Below, piece by piece: positions 1-8,721 of a DNA stretch of 64,000 bases. The translations under genes were made by a program, and so were the position numbers. Numbering within the stretch: position 1 is the first letter of the stretch; each line of letters opens with the position of its first letter. The DNA comes from a virus (taxonomy: Duplodnaviria > Caudoviricetes), in IMG/VR virus record IMGVR_UViG_3300037258_000150, positions 35 to 64,034 of that record. One strand, 5' to 3'. The notes beneath the pieces are model-generated. The model saw only the letters and a list, made by a program, of their open reading frames with translations. It ran no database searches and was not told the DNA's origin.

Positions 1-23
1 GCCGCATCCGAAGAGGCCCCCAC

Positions 24-533
24 GTGAGCGGCTTGCCGAAGCTCTACGAAATCCTTGGCGACTTTCGCTCGCTCGAGCTTCTGGCCGAGGAGGACGACCT
101 GCCGCCCGAGGTGATCCGCGATACGCTGGAGAGTCTGGAGGGAGACCTGGAAGCCAAGGCTACCAACATCGCGAAGCTCGTCCTGGGGCTCGAAGCCGAA
201 GCCGACATGATCGATGTCGCGGCGCTCGCCATGCAGCGGCGCGCCGAGCGGCGGCGCAAGCGGGCCGAGGGCATCAGGTCCTATGTGCTGTTTCAGCTCC
301 AGAATGCGCAGCGCCCCAAGGTCGAGTGCCCCGAGTTCACCCTATACGTGCGCAAGAATCCCGACGCCGTGGAGATCACCGACCCGCTGCGCGTACCGGC
401 GGAATTCATGGTGCAACCGGAGCCGCCGCCGCCGCATCCCGACAAAGGCCTCATCAAGGTAGCGCTGAAGGCCGGCCGCGCGGTAGCGGGCTGCTGGCTG
501 CGTCAGGGGGAGCGGCTGGAGATACGCCAGTGA
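24..533 (+). CDS. Siphovirus Gp157-family protein
   Basis: KLYEI...DTLESLEGDLEAKA...coiled coil...PDKGLIKVALKAG..VAG pattern; follows the annealase gene. Confidence 0.85.
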   Translation: MSGLPKLYEILGDFRSLELLAEEDDLPPEVIRDTLESLEGDLEAKATNIAKLVLGLEAEADMIDVAALAMQRRAERRRKRAEGIRSYVLFQLQNAQRPKVECPEFTLYVRKNPDAVEITDPLRVPAEFMVQPEPPPPHPDKGLIKVALKAGRAVAGCWLRQGERLEIRQ

Positions 534-742
534 AAATCCCCCTTACCCCCCACCAGATCGAGCAGCTCGCCCCCTACATCGACCGCGTGCGGGCGGCCGC
601 GAGCAAGGGCACGCCCGGCATGCTCCTCGCGCAGTTGAAATACAACTCCCACCGCCGCCAGTGGATCATGGAGCCGGGGTTTCTCGACCACGACAAAGCC
701 AAACCGCTCGTTAAGGCCGGGCGGCGCGAGGTGCCGGCATGA
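530..742 (+). CDS. Hypothetical phage protein
   Basis: GTG overlaps the upstream TGA; part of a coupled gene chain. Confidence 0.6.
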   Translation: MKIPLTPHQIEQLAPYIDRVRAAASKGTPGMLLAQLKYNSHRRQWIMEPGFLDHDKAKPLVKAGRREVPA

Positions 743-1155
743 TCGCCTGGTGGGTATCGCTACCCTGGAGCCCCGTGCGCGCCGCCGTGCGCTCGCTGCG
801 CCGCCGGCACCAGCGGCTCGCAAAGCCGACTCCGGGCCCATGGGTTGTAGACGACTTCTGCATGCAGGACGATAACATGCTTAGAGTGGGAACAACGGAT
901 GGCTCGCCTACCTACTACCACCGCACCAAGACCATCTGCGAATGCTGGACTCGCGATCCCGAGGACGAAGGGGACGACGATCCACATATCCTCCAGGCAG
1001 AAGCGAACGCGCGCCTGATAGCCGCCGCGCCCGACATGTTGTCCGCTCTCAAGCGCGCGCTGAACTGGCTGGCGTCCTACCCAGGCGGAAATGCCCAGGG
1101 CGCCTACATGGACGCCGTAAACGCCCTGAAGAAGGCCGGCCGCTATGACGACTAA
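739..1155 (+). CDS. Hypothetical early protein (TPGPW...ANARLIAAAPDML family)
   Basis: Motif commonly seen in phage early regions; ATGA coupling. Confidence 0.75.
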   Translation: MIAWWVSLPWSPVRAAVRSLRRRHQRLAKPTPGPWVVDDFCMQDDNMLRVGTTDGSPTYYHRTKTICECWTRDPEDEGDDDPHILQAEANARLIAAAPDMLSALKRALNWLASYPGGNAQGAYMDAVNALKKAGRYDD

Positions 1156-1468
1156 AGAGAAGCGGCTCGATCCGAAGCTGCTCTCCATGCGTCTGGAGTG
1201 CATCGCTGAGACGATACAGACACGCCCCGTCCTTGGCCACTGGCCGGCGATGCAGGCTCACATTGACGCCCACGCCGTCCTCCAGGCCCGTGATGAGATC
1301 GACCTCCTGCGCGCCGCGCTCCTGGGAGCCGTCCAGGCGATCCAGACGTGGCACAACATGGGCATGAGCGGAAATCAGGCCAGTAGCATGTGGGATATTT
1401 ATTGGCGCAACGCGCCCGAGATGCAGCCGATTCGCGAGGCTCTGAGCGGAGATGCCCATGGCACCTGA
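1145..1468 (+). CDS. Hypothetical protein
   Basis: Coupled ORF in the early operon. Confidence 0.6.
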   Translation: MTTKEKRLDPKLLSMRLECIAETIQTRPVLGHWPAMQAHIDAHAVLQARDEIDLLRAALLGAVQAIQTWHNMGMSGNQASSMWDIYWRNAPEMQPIREALSGDAHGT

Positions 1469-1739
1469 CTCCCGGACATCGAAACCGCGCGTCGTATGCG
1501 CGGCCGTGCGCCTCAAGCTGGGCGTGGTGGTATGCGGTCCACGCCACTTCGATGCCACCATGCGAAAGCTCATCGAGCAGTTGCGCCTGACTGTGAGCGG
1601 TGCCGAGCAAGGTTTCGTGGACCAGTTCGGGAACTTCCTGACGCGAGAGCGGGCTTGGGACATCGCCAAGGCACAAGGCCAGATTAGGACAGAAAACAGC
1701 ATTTGCACTGGCACTCTATACAGCGAGGACTTGTACTGA
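1458..1739 (+). CDS. Conserved phage hypothetical protein
   Basis: VVCAA...RH...QGFVDQFGNFLTRERAW...LYSEDLY motif. Confidence 0.75.
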   Translation: MAPDSRTSKPRVVCAAVRLKLGVVVCGPRHFDATMRKLIEQLRLTVSGAEQGFVDQFGNFLTRERAWDIAKAQGQIRTENSICTGTLYSEDLY

Positions 1740-2020
1740 TGAACGCTCATCGGACCGAGAAACCGTCTGGCGCTGCCCATTGGTTGCGGCGAGCCGCTGA
1801 ACTTCTGAAAGAAGAAGCCGAGACGCTGAGGCAGTCCTACATGATTGACGGCGCATGGGACACGGAGGAACCCGAGATCCTCGAACGCTATCGCGAGATG
1901 ACAGAGGCGAGCCGCGCGGCCTGCGAGGCTGCCTCCAGGTGCGCGCCATGGAACGGCATGACACCTGAAAAGCAGGACGCATTCATCCGCGAGGCGAGCG
2001 GGGGCATTTATGAAGAATGA
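1739..2020 (+). CDS. Hypothetical protein
   Basis: TGATG coupling to the upstream gene. Confidence 0.6.
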   Translation: MNAHRTEKPSGAAHWLRRAAELLKEEAETLRQSYMIDGAWDTEEPEILERYREMTEASRAACEAASRCAPWNGMTPEKQDAFIREASGGIYEE

Positions 2021-2158
2021 GCAGCTCACCAAGGACGAGAGAGCCGAATTGCCGGAGACGGTGTGGGTTTGGATCGTCCCACCTGGATATTGGCAGGCAT
2101 CACCCAAGCGGCCCGAGAACGTGCCCGAAGCCATCGAATACCGGCGAGTGAGAATCGT

Positions 2159-2590
2159 ATGACCGACTCCGTGACCTCAAATCCGTTGGATCTTCTCGTC
2201 AAACGCATGCGGTCCTTGTCCGACCTGGCGAGCCACAAAGAGCCAGCGATATCAGAAGCACTGGTCGACGGGGTGATTCAGATCGAGCGCCTCCGCCAAT
2301 ACGAAGACCTGAACACCCGGCTCCTCGGGGAGATTGACTGGTCGCGCGGGGAGATCGAGAAGCTACAGCACGATATCGGGCGCCACGTGGCGATCTGCGC
2401 AGAGCAGGCCATGGAGATTGAGCGGCTGCGCGCGGCGTTGATGGGCATTAAGACGATGAGGCTGGATACCCAATGGGGCATCGATCCGATGCGAGCCGCG
2501 GGGATTCGTCACGGGCTTGATATCACTCGCGAGATCGCCGAGGCAGCGCTCGCGGGAACCGCTGACGAGGCGGAGAAAGAGCATGGCTGA
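2159..2590 (+). CDS. Hypothetical coiled-coil early protein
   Basis: Repeated EIERLR-type heptads; start re-assigned to ATG 2159. Confidence 0.6.
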   Translation: MTDSVTSNPLDLLVKRMRSLSDLASHKEPAISEALVDGVIQIERLRQYEDLNTRLLGEIDWSRGEIEKLQHDIGRHVAICAEQAMEIERLRAALMGIKTMRLDTQWGIDPMRAAGIRHGLDITREIAEAALAGTADEAEKEHG

Positions 2591-3311
2591 CGCCTCAAAT
2601 CCGGTTACCCGATGTGCCCATGTGGATAGAACCTGCGAAGGCGCGCGCCGATGTGTACTGCCGGCAACGCCAGAGCGGCACTTGCACGTATGGGGCTCTG
2701 TTCCAGAGGCAGAAGAAACAACCCCATGGCGGGCGCCAGCACCTCGAGACGAGGTATCCGCCAAGCCATCATATGGCGCCGAGAGATGTCTCCGCGAGAT
2801 TCTTGAAGAGCTGCAATTGGATGACTCTCGCCATGACCTTCAGGCAAAAATCATATCGACGCTGGGCTCACCGGACGAGACGCCAGCGCGCCGTTGCGCA
2901 CTGCCCGTCATCACGTTCCAGATGGTCGCGGACTTCGGCCAGGAGGGATTCTTCGAGCCATGCGAGGAGTCGCGCGGGGTCAAAGGCATTGGCTGGTCCC
3001 AGGCTGCCGTGGACTTTGCCTGCCTCATTCAAGGGATGCCAGCGGAGGAAACGAACTCGCCTCTATCGCGCGACGAGATTATCGAGCGCATGAGGGGGGA
3101 ACTCTTCTCGGTTCGTCAGCAGTTTTACTCGCTCCTAGATGAGCGAGCCTCCCGTCGCATGGACGGAAGCGACGAGAAGGTGCGCCTCAAGTGGCCCTAC
3201 GTGCTCAGCGTCATCCCGCTAGATGAGTGGAATCTTGCCTACGAGCAGACGATGAACGCCAAGGCGGCAAGAGCCGCTGTGAACGGGTCCGCTGTTACAT
3301 CTGGAGACTGA
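2583..3311 (+). CDS. Hypothetical modular early protein
   Basis: Long ORF overlapping the upstream stop; segments joined by SPDET/PAEET linkers. Confidence 0.6.
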   Translation: MADASNPVTRCAHVDRTCEGARRCVLPATPERHLHVWGSVPEAEETTPWRAPAPRDEVSAKPSYGAERCLREILEELQLDDSRHDLQAKIISTLGSPDETPARRCALPVITFQMVADFGQEGFFEPCEESRGVKGIGWSQAAVDFACLIQGMPAEETNSPLSRDEIIERMRGELFSVRQQFYSLLDERASRRMDGSDEKVRLKWPYVLSVIPLDEWNLAYEQTMNAKAARAAVNGSAVTSGD

Positions 3312-3312
3312 C

Positions 3313-3555
3313 ATGCACTTTATCTGGGTACTCGCCCTAATGTGTCGTACCACCCCATGTGGGCCTCTCTTGAACATTGAAGGCCGGAATTGGACCTATT
3401 ACTACACATCGCGAAAAGCCTGTCAGAAGGATGCAGACGATGAGAATTGGGATGGAGACCACAAAGTGCGGGAGAACAAGTTGGCCTGTGTAAAGGCGCG
3501 CTTAGGTCCTCGCCCTCCTGCGGATATGAGCATGTTCGGTTGGAGCAGTGGCTGA
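3313..3555 (+). CDS. Small Cys-containing, possibly exported protein
   Basis: GGAG RBS, hydrophobic N-terminus, four Cys, lower GC than neighbours. Confidence 0.55.
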   Translation: MHFIWVLALMCRTTPCGPLLNIEGRNWTYYYTSRKACQKDADDENWDGDHKVRENKLACVKARLGPRPPADMSMFGWSSG

Positions 3556-3578
3556 GCAACTGTGAGCGAGCCAGCGCT

Positions 3579-3890
3579 ATGACCACACTTCCCGATACCC
3601 CGTGGACCCAGCTCGATAAGCTCATTGAGGAGTACGTCGATGGCTACGAAGTGGCCGATTGCGAGGATGCGAACGGCAATACCGGCGATTACGTGCCGAG
3701 TGAATTCGAGCGCGGCATGATCCTGGATGCCATCCAGGGCCTCATCAGCGACAAGGAGATCGTCGACAAGCTGCTCGAGGCGCATGAGTTCACGCGGGCC
3801 TACCGGCGCGCCAACGGCGAATGCGTGGACTGCGGACGAGTGCTGCCGGAGCATTGGGGCGCGTGTTCCGGGGAGGGCAAGACAGCATGA
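3579..3890 (+). CDS. Hypothetical acidic protein with C-terminal CxxC..H...C
   Basis: ORF with typical codon usage, coupled to the next gene. Confidence 0.6.
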   Translation: MTTLPDTPWTQLDKLIEEYVDGYEVADCEDANGNTGDYVPSEFERGMILDAIQGLISDKEIVDKLLEAHEFTRAYRRANGECVDCGRVLPEHWGACSGEGKTA

Positions 3891-4219
3891 CGCCTCAACG
3901 CATACAACTGAGCCGGAAGAAGGACTGGCGCATCCCCCTGGATACGGTCGTCGTGAGCCGTCCGAGCCGATGGGGGAATCCATTCAGGGTCGGCGAGGAA
4001 GGCGTGCCCAATGCTGAGACGGCCGTGCGCCTCTTTCGCGCGCTACTGCGACGGGAGAGCAACGGCTCGAGCCATCGGGACTTCGTGTTCACCGACGCGC
4101 GATTGCGGGCCGATCTCGCCGGCAAAAATCTCGCGTGCTGGTGTCGGCTGGATCAGCCATGCCATGCGGACGTACTGCTTGAGATCGCGAACGCTTCCGA
4201 GGGCAAGACCAATGGCTGA
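3887..4219 (+). CDS. DUF4326-family protein
   Basis: PQRIQLSRKKDWR..VSRPSRWGNPF...LAGKNLACWC...CHADVLLEIAN. Confidence 0.9.
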   Translation: MTPQRIQLSRKKDWRIPLDTVVVSRPSRWGNPFRVGEEGVPNAETAVRLFRALLRRESNGSSHRDFVFTDARLRADLAGKNLACWCRLDQPCHADVLLEIANASEGKTNG

Positions 4220-4415
4220 TTGTGGCTACCCAGGTAGTTGGGTGCGGGAGCTTGAACTGGCAGGCTGGCGTCAGGAGCATTCAACGCTGTGGCAAGCTCC
4301 TTGTGGCTGTTATTTTCGCGGCCCGTATCGCGCGTGGCTAGAAATGAATGGCACACACTTGGCCGATCACATTGCAGCCCGAGCATCTGTACAGCACTCC
4401 GAGGTTACAAAGTGA
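4212..4415 (+). CDS. Hypothetical protein
   Basis: Coupled short ORF. Confidence 0.5.
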   Translation: MADCGYPGSWVRELELAGWRQEHSTLWQAPCGCYFRGPYRAWLEMNGTHLADHIAARASVQHSEVTK

Positions 4416-4951
4416 ACAAGATTCCAACCATCTTCGTCCGCGACATGAGCCGCCAGCCGGCCCTGGTGATTGACCAATGGGTGCTGGGCACCGAGTGGGT
4501 GCGCAATGGCGAGGGGATCGCCACGCGCAAGTACGACGGCACGAGCTGCCTGGTACGCGCGGGGAAGATTTACAAGCGGCGCGAGCTGCGCCAGGGTGAT
4601 ATGGCGCCCCCTGATTTCGAGAGCTTGGGGAGCGACGAGAACACGGGCAAGACGGTCGGCTGGATGCCTGTCGGGGATGGGCCTGAGGACCGCTGGCACC
4701 GAGAAGCCTTCCATGGCGAGTCTGACGGTACCTACGAGCTGCTCGGCCCCAAGATCCAGGGCAACAAAGATCAGCGCACTGAGCATGTGCTGCAGGCTCA
4801 CAGGATGGCCCGCACCTATCCCATGGCGCCTCGAGACTTCGGGGGACTCAAGGCATTCCTCACCGAGAACGTAGTAGAGGGCCTCGTGTGGCACCACGAC
4901 GACGGCCGCATGGCAAAGATCAAACGCCGCGACTTCGGGCTGAAGTGGTAG
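4412..4951 (+). CDS. RNA-ligase-like nucleotidyltransferase (DUF5565/RLIG1-like)
   Basis: KIPTIFVR, ATRKYDGT (KxDG motif I), TYELLGPKIQGN, EGLVW, MAKIKRRDFGLKW; GTG start behind GAGG. Confidence 0.75.
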   Translation: MNKIPTIFVRDMSRQPALVIDQWVLGTEWVRNGEGIATRKYDGTSCLVRAGKIYKRRELRQGDMAPPDFESLGSDENTGKTVGWMPVGDGPEDRWHREAFHGESDGTYELLGPKIQGNKDQRTEHVLQAHRMARTYPMAPRDFGGLKAFLTENVVEGLVWHHDDGRMAKIKRRDFGLKW

Positions 4952-4982
4952 CAGCAGTGATCGGAGACGGTGAGCGTTTAAA

Positions 4983-5038
4983 ATAGGACTTGACGACCTA
5001 TAGGACGCTACTGCACACTCAGCCCGTCGTCATAGGAG
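4983..5038 (+). promoter_or_regulatory. Putative promoter with ATAGGAC direct repeats upstream of the HTH-recombinase operon
   Basis: TTGACG at 4990-4995 flanked by ATAGGAC at 4983 and 5000; ATAGGAG RBS at 5032. Confidence 0.5.
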
Positions 5039-5044
5039 ATCACC

Positions 5045-5293
5045 ATGCAGATCCAAGAAACCGAGTCCCGCTATCCCGTCAAGAGTTCGATGCTCCGTCT
5101 CACCCGAGAGCAGCGCGACGCGGCCACTACGCTGCTGGAGCGACGCCCCACCGTTCTGCCTGGCACCAGGGTCATCCTGGACCGTGCAGAGGCCGTATCG
5201 TGGTTCCGTGAGGTGACGGCCACGATGGGCAAACTGGAACTGCCTGGTAACCTCGTAGACGCCTTCTGCGACGTGGCCGGAGTCCCGGACTGA
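5045..5293 (+). CDS. Hypothetical protein
   Basis: Strong AGGAG RBS; first gene after the promoter. Confidence 0.7.
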   Translation: MQIQETESRYPVKSSMLRLTREQRDAATTLLERRPTVLPGTRVILDRAEAVSWFREVTATMGKLELPGNLVDAFCDVAGVPD

Positions 5294-5294
5294 G

Positions 5295-5504
5295 ATGACC
5301 GCCAGACAGCTCCAGCGGCTCCTCGATGGGATGAAGATCTCCCAACGCGGAGCCGCAAAGGCCATCGGGATCAGTGAGCGCCAGATGCGCCGTTATTACG
5401 CAGGCGATGCCAAGATTCCAGTGACTGTTGAATGCGCGTTGATGTGGATTAGAGCAGGTAGTCGTGAAGGATACGACAGGCTTGTCGAGGAGACATCGAA
5501 TTGA
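5295..5504 (+). CDS. XRE-like HTH DNA-binding protein
   Basis: ISQRGAAKAIGISERQMRRYYAGDAKIP helix-turn-helix. Confidence 0.85.
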   Translation: MTARQLQRLLDGMKISQRGAAKAIGISERQMRRYYAGDAKIPVTVECALMWIRAGSREGYDRLVEETSN

Positions 5505-6307
5505 TCCTCTCAGACATCTTCGACCGCTATCTGCGCGACGTCCTCCCGACGCTCGCGCCCCGCACGCAGAAGGACTACGCGCGCCATATCGTGATTCTGC
5601 GCCAGCGCTTCGGACATCTCGAGGCCAACGCATTGAAGCCCCGGGACATCGGGGCATTCCTCGACGTGGCGAAGGGCAAGATCCAGCGCAACCGACAGGT
5701 AGCAGTCCTATCGGCCGTCTACGCCAAGGCCGTGGGGCGCTGGTACGTTGCCGAAAAGAACCCCTGCCGGGATGTCGAGCGCAATCCGAGTTCCAGGCGT
5801 ACGCGCTACGTGACCGATGAGGAGTACATCGCCTTCTACACCATCGCCTCGCAGCGCATCCGGATCGCGATGGACTTGGCCTTCGTCATGGGGCAGCGTC
5901 AGGGCGACGTTCTGGACTTGAAGTGGGATCAGGTAACGCCCGAGGGCATCAAGATCCAGCAGGGCAAAACGGGCAAAAAGCTGATGATTGGCTTGTCCGA
6001 AGTGCTGAACGCCATTCTCGCGCGGGCCAAACTGCTCAGTCCTACCGGCTCTCCATATGTGCTCTGTGCCCGCACAGGGACGCGCTACACGGCCGAAGGA
6101 TTCCGGGCCTGCTGGCAGCGCGCCATGCGCAAAGCGCGGCGCCTCGGGGCTGTGGGTGAGCGCTGGACGTTCCATGATCTACGCGCCAAGTGCGTGAGTG
6201 ATTCCGAGACGTTGGAGTCTGCCTTCGAGCGCGCCGGCCATACGACCATGGCCATGACTCGGGGCGTTTACGACCGGAACTTCCGCAAAGTGAGCCCGCT
6301 GAAATGA
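5501..6307 (+). CDS. Tyrosine recombinase/integrase lacking an N-terminal arm-binding domain
   Basis: Core-binding domain plus catalytic GQRQGD, KTGK, FHDLR, GH...Y. Confidence 0.9.
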   Translation: MILSDIFDRYLRDVLPTLAPRTQKDYARHIVILRQRFGHLEANALKPRDIGAFLDVAKGKIQRNRQVAVLSAVYAKAVGRWYVAEKNPCRDVERNPSSRRTRYVTDEEYIAFYTIASQRIRIAMDLAFVMGQRQGDVLDLKWDQVTPEGIKIQQGKTGKKLMIGLSEVLNAILARAKLLSPTGSPYVLCARTGTRYTAEGFRACWQRAMRKARRLGAVGERWTFHDLRAKCVSDSETLESAFERAGHTTMAMTRGVYDRNFRKVSPLK

Positions 6308-6341
6308 GACTTCCTCATTCCACATCCGCTGGGTGCTCCTG

Positions 6342-6461
6342 ATGTACGTGCGCTGCATCTGCGACCTCGACGGCAAGCTCCATGGCGAGCGCTGCCCGCA
6401 CTGCGCCGGCTGGGGCGTGCTGCTGCGGGAGCTGCCGCCGAAGCCGGAGGCTATTCCGTGA
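6342..6461 (+). CDS. Tiny zinc-finger-like protein (39 aa, not in the ORF track)
   Basis: MYVRCICD...RCPHCAGWG; its stop overlaps the methylase GTG. Confidence 0.45.
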   Translation: MYVRCICDLDGKLHGERCPHCAGWGVLLRELPPKPEAIP

Positions 6462-6985
6462 AGTCGGCCGCGCTCTTCGACATCGCGGGCATCAGCCAGG
6501 AGAACGACGAGTGGTATACACCGTCCTGGGTCTTCCGAGCGCTGGCGATAGAATTCGACCTGGACCCGTGCAGCCCAGGCCGTCCGCCCTCCTCCGTACC
6601 GGCCCGCAGGCACCTCACGAAGGCCGAGAACGGCCTCACGGCCGACTGGGAAGGTTCGGTATGGCTCAACCCGCCCTTCTCCGGGAAGCGCCCCTGGTAC
6701 GAGCGCATGGTGCTCCACGGCGATGGCATTGCCCTGATGCCCGCCAGAACCGAGACGCATGACCTGCAGGCATACATGCAAGCCGCGCAGGCGCTCCTAT
6801 TCCTGCGAGGCCGGATTTACTTCGAGCGCGGCCAGCGGCCCGGTGGCAATGGCGTGGGCGGTGTAACGACAACCCCTCCGTTCGGCGTCGTCCTTTGTGC
6901 CTACGGTGAGCGCATGGCGATCGCGCTTCTCGAAAGCAAACTGATGGGAGTGCGCGCTAGCGTGCATCCGAGAACAACCGACTAA
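6458..6985 (+). CDS. Phage DNA N6-adenine methyltransferase (Dam-like)
   Basis: DEWYTP, FDLDPC, NGL..W, VWLNPPF, ARTET motifs. Confidence 0.9.
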   Translation: MKSAALFDIAGISQENDEWYTPSWVFRALAIEFDLDPCSPGRPPSSVPARRHLTKAENGLTADWEGSVWLNPPFSGKRPWYERMVLHGDGIALMPARTETHDLQAYMQAAQALLFLRGRIYFERGQRPGGNGVGGVTTTPPFGVVLCAYGERMAIALLESKLMGVRASVHPRTTD

Positions 6986-7271
6986 ATGTCCGATGTTCAC
7001 GAATTCCACCCACGGAACCACGCCATGCGTGGAATGGTGCGTCAGCAGCGTGTCCGTAGCTGATCTGGCCCTCGAGCGCAAGAGAGTAATCGCGGTATGA
7101 GAAAGCCTGGAACCAGAAGTGAGCCTGACGCCGATATGCCAAGCCGCTCTACACGGCCTACGCCACGCGTATGGTACGGGACGGCCTCTGACATCCGGCT
7201 AAGTTTGGCTCGTGCGCAGAACGGCTTGACAGCTCGGAGAGACGGCAATGATCCATCGGTCTCGATAAAGG

Positions 7272-7514
7272 ATGAGCATGGCAACTAAACTCAGGCTGGC
7301 CGTTTCAGCGCTCGCGAGGCGCGTATACGTCGGCCGTGTGAACAAATCCGGAGATGCTTTCCTGGACGGCAAGCAAGATGTCACGAGCGATTTTTTCAAA
7401 GCGGTCATCGACTACTTTGAAGAAGGAAAAGAGATCGTGGCTAGCGATGGCGCCAAATGGAAAGTCAGTTGCGTCCCGATACCATCGTCTACATCCTCGG
7501 AGAGTCAACCATGA
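7272..7514 (+). CDS. Conserved small phage protein
   Basis: SALARRVYVGRVNK...KQDVTSDF motif; AAGGA RBS. Confidence 0.7.
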   Translation: MSMATKLRLAVSALARRVYVGRVNKSGDAFLDGKQDVTSDFFKAVIDYFEEGKEIVASDGAKWKVSCVPIPSSTSSESQP

Positions 7515-7693
7515 GCGAAAAACTGCTCCAAGAGCGACAGCGCGAACTGCTTGCGGCGCTGGATACCTCCGCGGCCTTCCATGGGCTATTAGCCGACACG
7601 ATGCGAATACAGATGGCTATCGATGGCCTTATCGAGGCGCATTTGCTGGCCTTTAGGGAAAACTCACCGTCTAGTGCGTCGGGGAGTCCATGA
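7511..7693 (+). CDS. Hypothetical protein
   Basis: ATGA coupling at both ends. Confidence 0.55.
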   Translation: MSEKLLQERQRELLAALDTSAAFHGLLADTMRIQMAIDGLIEAHLLAFRENSPSSASGSP

Positions 7694-7962
7694 GCGAAGA
7701 TAATTACACGGTCGAGCGCATGCCGCTTCCGATCGAAGAATTGAAGGTGATCGCCAATCTGACCGTCGAGTTGGTGAAGCTGCGTCAGAACGAGTGCAAG
7801 CACTTGGCTATCGAGAACATCGGCCCCGAGATATGGCGTAACTTGCTGATGGTCACGTACCCGCCCCCGCGCGTGATCGTGCAAGGCACACCTCCGGAGT
7901 GCGGCTCGGACTTATGGCCGTCACCGGACAGCGCAGGAGATGAGCATGGGCGCGATGGGTGA
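7690..7962 (+). CDS. Hypothetical protein
   Basis: GGGGAG RBS, coupled. Confidence 0.55.
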   Translation: MSEDNYTVERMPLPIEELKVIANLTVELVKLRQNECKHLAIENIGPEIWRNLLMVTYPPPRVIVQGTPPECGSDLWPSPDSAGDEHGRDG

Positions 7963-8191
7963 ATTTGGCGATGAGTGGCCTTTTCTGCGGCCGGTACCAC
8001 TGCTATGTCGGCTATTTGGCCATCGCTGGAAGCCGTCATATATCGGCGAGGTAATCCGGCGTCAGCCCAGGTGGGTCTACATTAACCACTATTGCACGCG
8101 CTGCTACGTCACTTCCGTCATTTTGCCGCCGCCTTCGATAGAAGTAGCGGATGACAGACCGCCAACCGTGTCAGATGCTCCGGCAGATTGA
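7940..8191 (+). CDS. Hypothetical protein (LCRLFGHRW...CTRC, DUF1660-like)
   Basis: Cys/His motif typical of small phage proteins. Confidence 0.55.
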   Translation: MSMGAMGEFGDEWPFLRPVPLLCRLFGHRWKPSYIGEVIRRQPRWVYINHYCTRCYVTSVILPPPSIEVADDRPPTVSDAPAD

Positions 8192-8378
8192 AATAACGCG
8201 CCGATGCGAGATGTGCGTCTCGCACGCAAAGCAGCGCATGACGTGCGTCGGTTGCAACCACGTCTGGATCGACTGCCCTGGAGCATGGGGACTTCACTTC
8301 AAGGACGGCTGCCCGCAGTGCGGGAGCCTATATTGGCGCGCGGTACCACAGTCCGAGGGGCATTCCGATAAGGCTTGA
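8151..8378 (+). CDS. Small zinc-ribbon protein
   Basis: CxxC..W...CPxCGSLY; start uncertain. Confidence 0.5.
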   Translation: MTDRQPCQMLRQIEITRRCEMCVSHAKQRMTCVGCNHVWIDCPGAWGLHFKDGCPQCGSLYWRAVPQSEGHSDKA

Positions 8379-8403
8379 CTTGGACCGGTCCAAGTGCTAG
8401 CCT
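8375..8403 (+). promoter_or_regulatory. Sigma70-type promoter with an 18-bp perfect palindromic operator
   Basis: TTGACT-17 nt-TAGCCT; ACTTGGACCGGTCCAAGT at 8378-8395. Confidence 0.7.
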
Positions 8404-8410
8404 CTCTCCC

Positions 8411-8575
8411 ATGAAGCGGGAGAACGCCATGGCAGTGCAGCATATCATCGACTGGCGGTCGGGCGAGGCGTACTTCGCCATCGTGTGCGGCTCTGAGATC
8501 GTCAAGCGTCTGCGGGACTGCCGCAACTGGACGGAAGCGGCGGCAGCCTACCGGGCGTTCAGGAAGGCCCAGTGA
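8411..8575 (+). CDS. Small hypothetical protein, probably leaderless
   Basis: ATG 7 nt after the -10 box with no SD. Confidence 0.55.
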   Translation: MKRENAMAVQHIIDWRSGEAYFAIVCGSEIVKRLRDCRNWTEAAAAYRAFRKAQ

Positions 8576-8721
8576 AGAAGTGGGGCGAGTACAAGGCGGC
8601 GGAGCGTGCCAAACGCACGGAGGTGGGTTTGAAGCGGCTTGAGCTTTGGGCTCACCCCTTGGACTGGCCGGCAATCAAGCGGTACGTGGGGCGGCTGATG
8701 AAGCGGAGGGTGGCGAAATGA
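8572..8721 (+). CDS. Small basic DNA-binding/antitoxin-like protein (49 aa, not in the ORF track)
   Basis: MKKWGEYKAAERAKRTEVGLKRLELWAHPLDWPAIKRYVGRLMKRRVAK; AGGAAGG RBS; GTGA and ATGA couplings. Confidence 0.6.
   Translation: MKKWGEYKAAERAKRTEVGLKRLELWAHPLDWPAIKRYVGRLMKRRVAK

Noticed and set aside
1049-2134. 361-aa minus-strand ORF
   Set aside because: Antisense to a chain of coupled plus-strand genes; no recognisable motif
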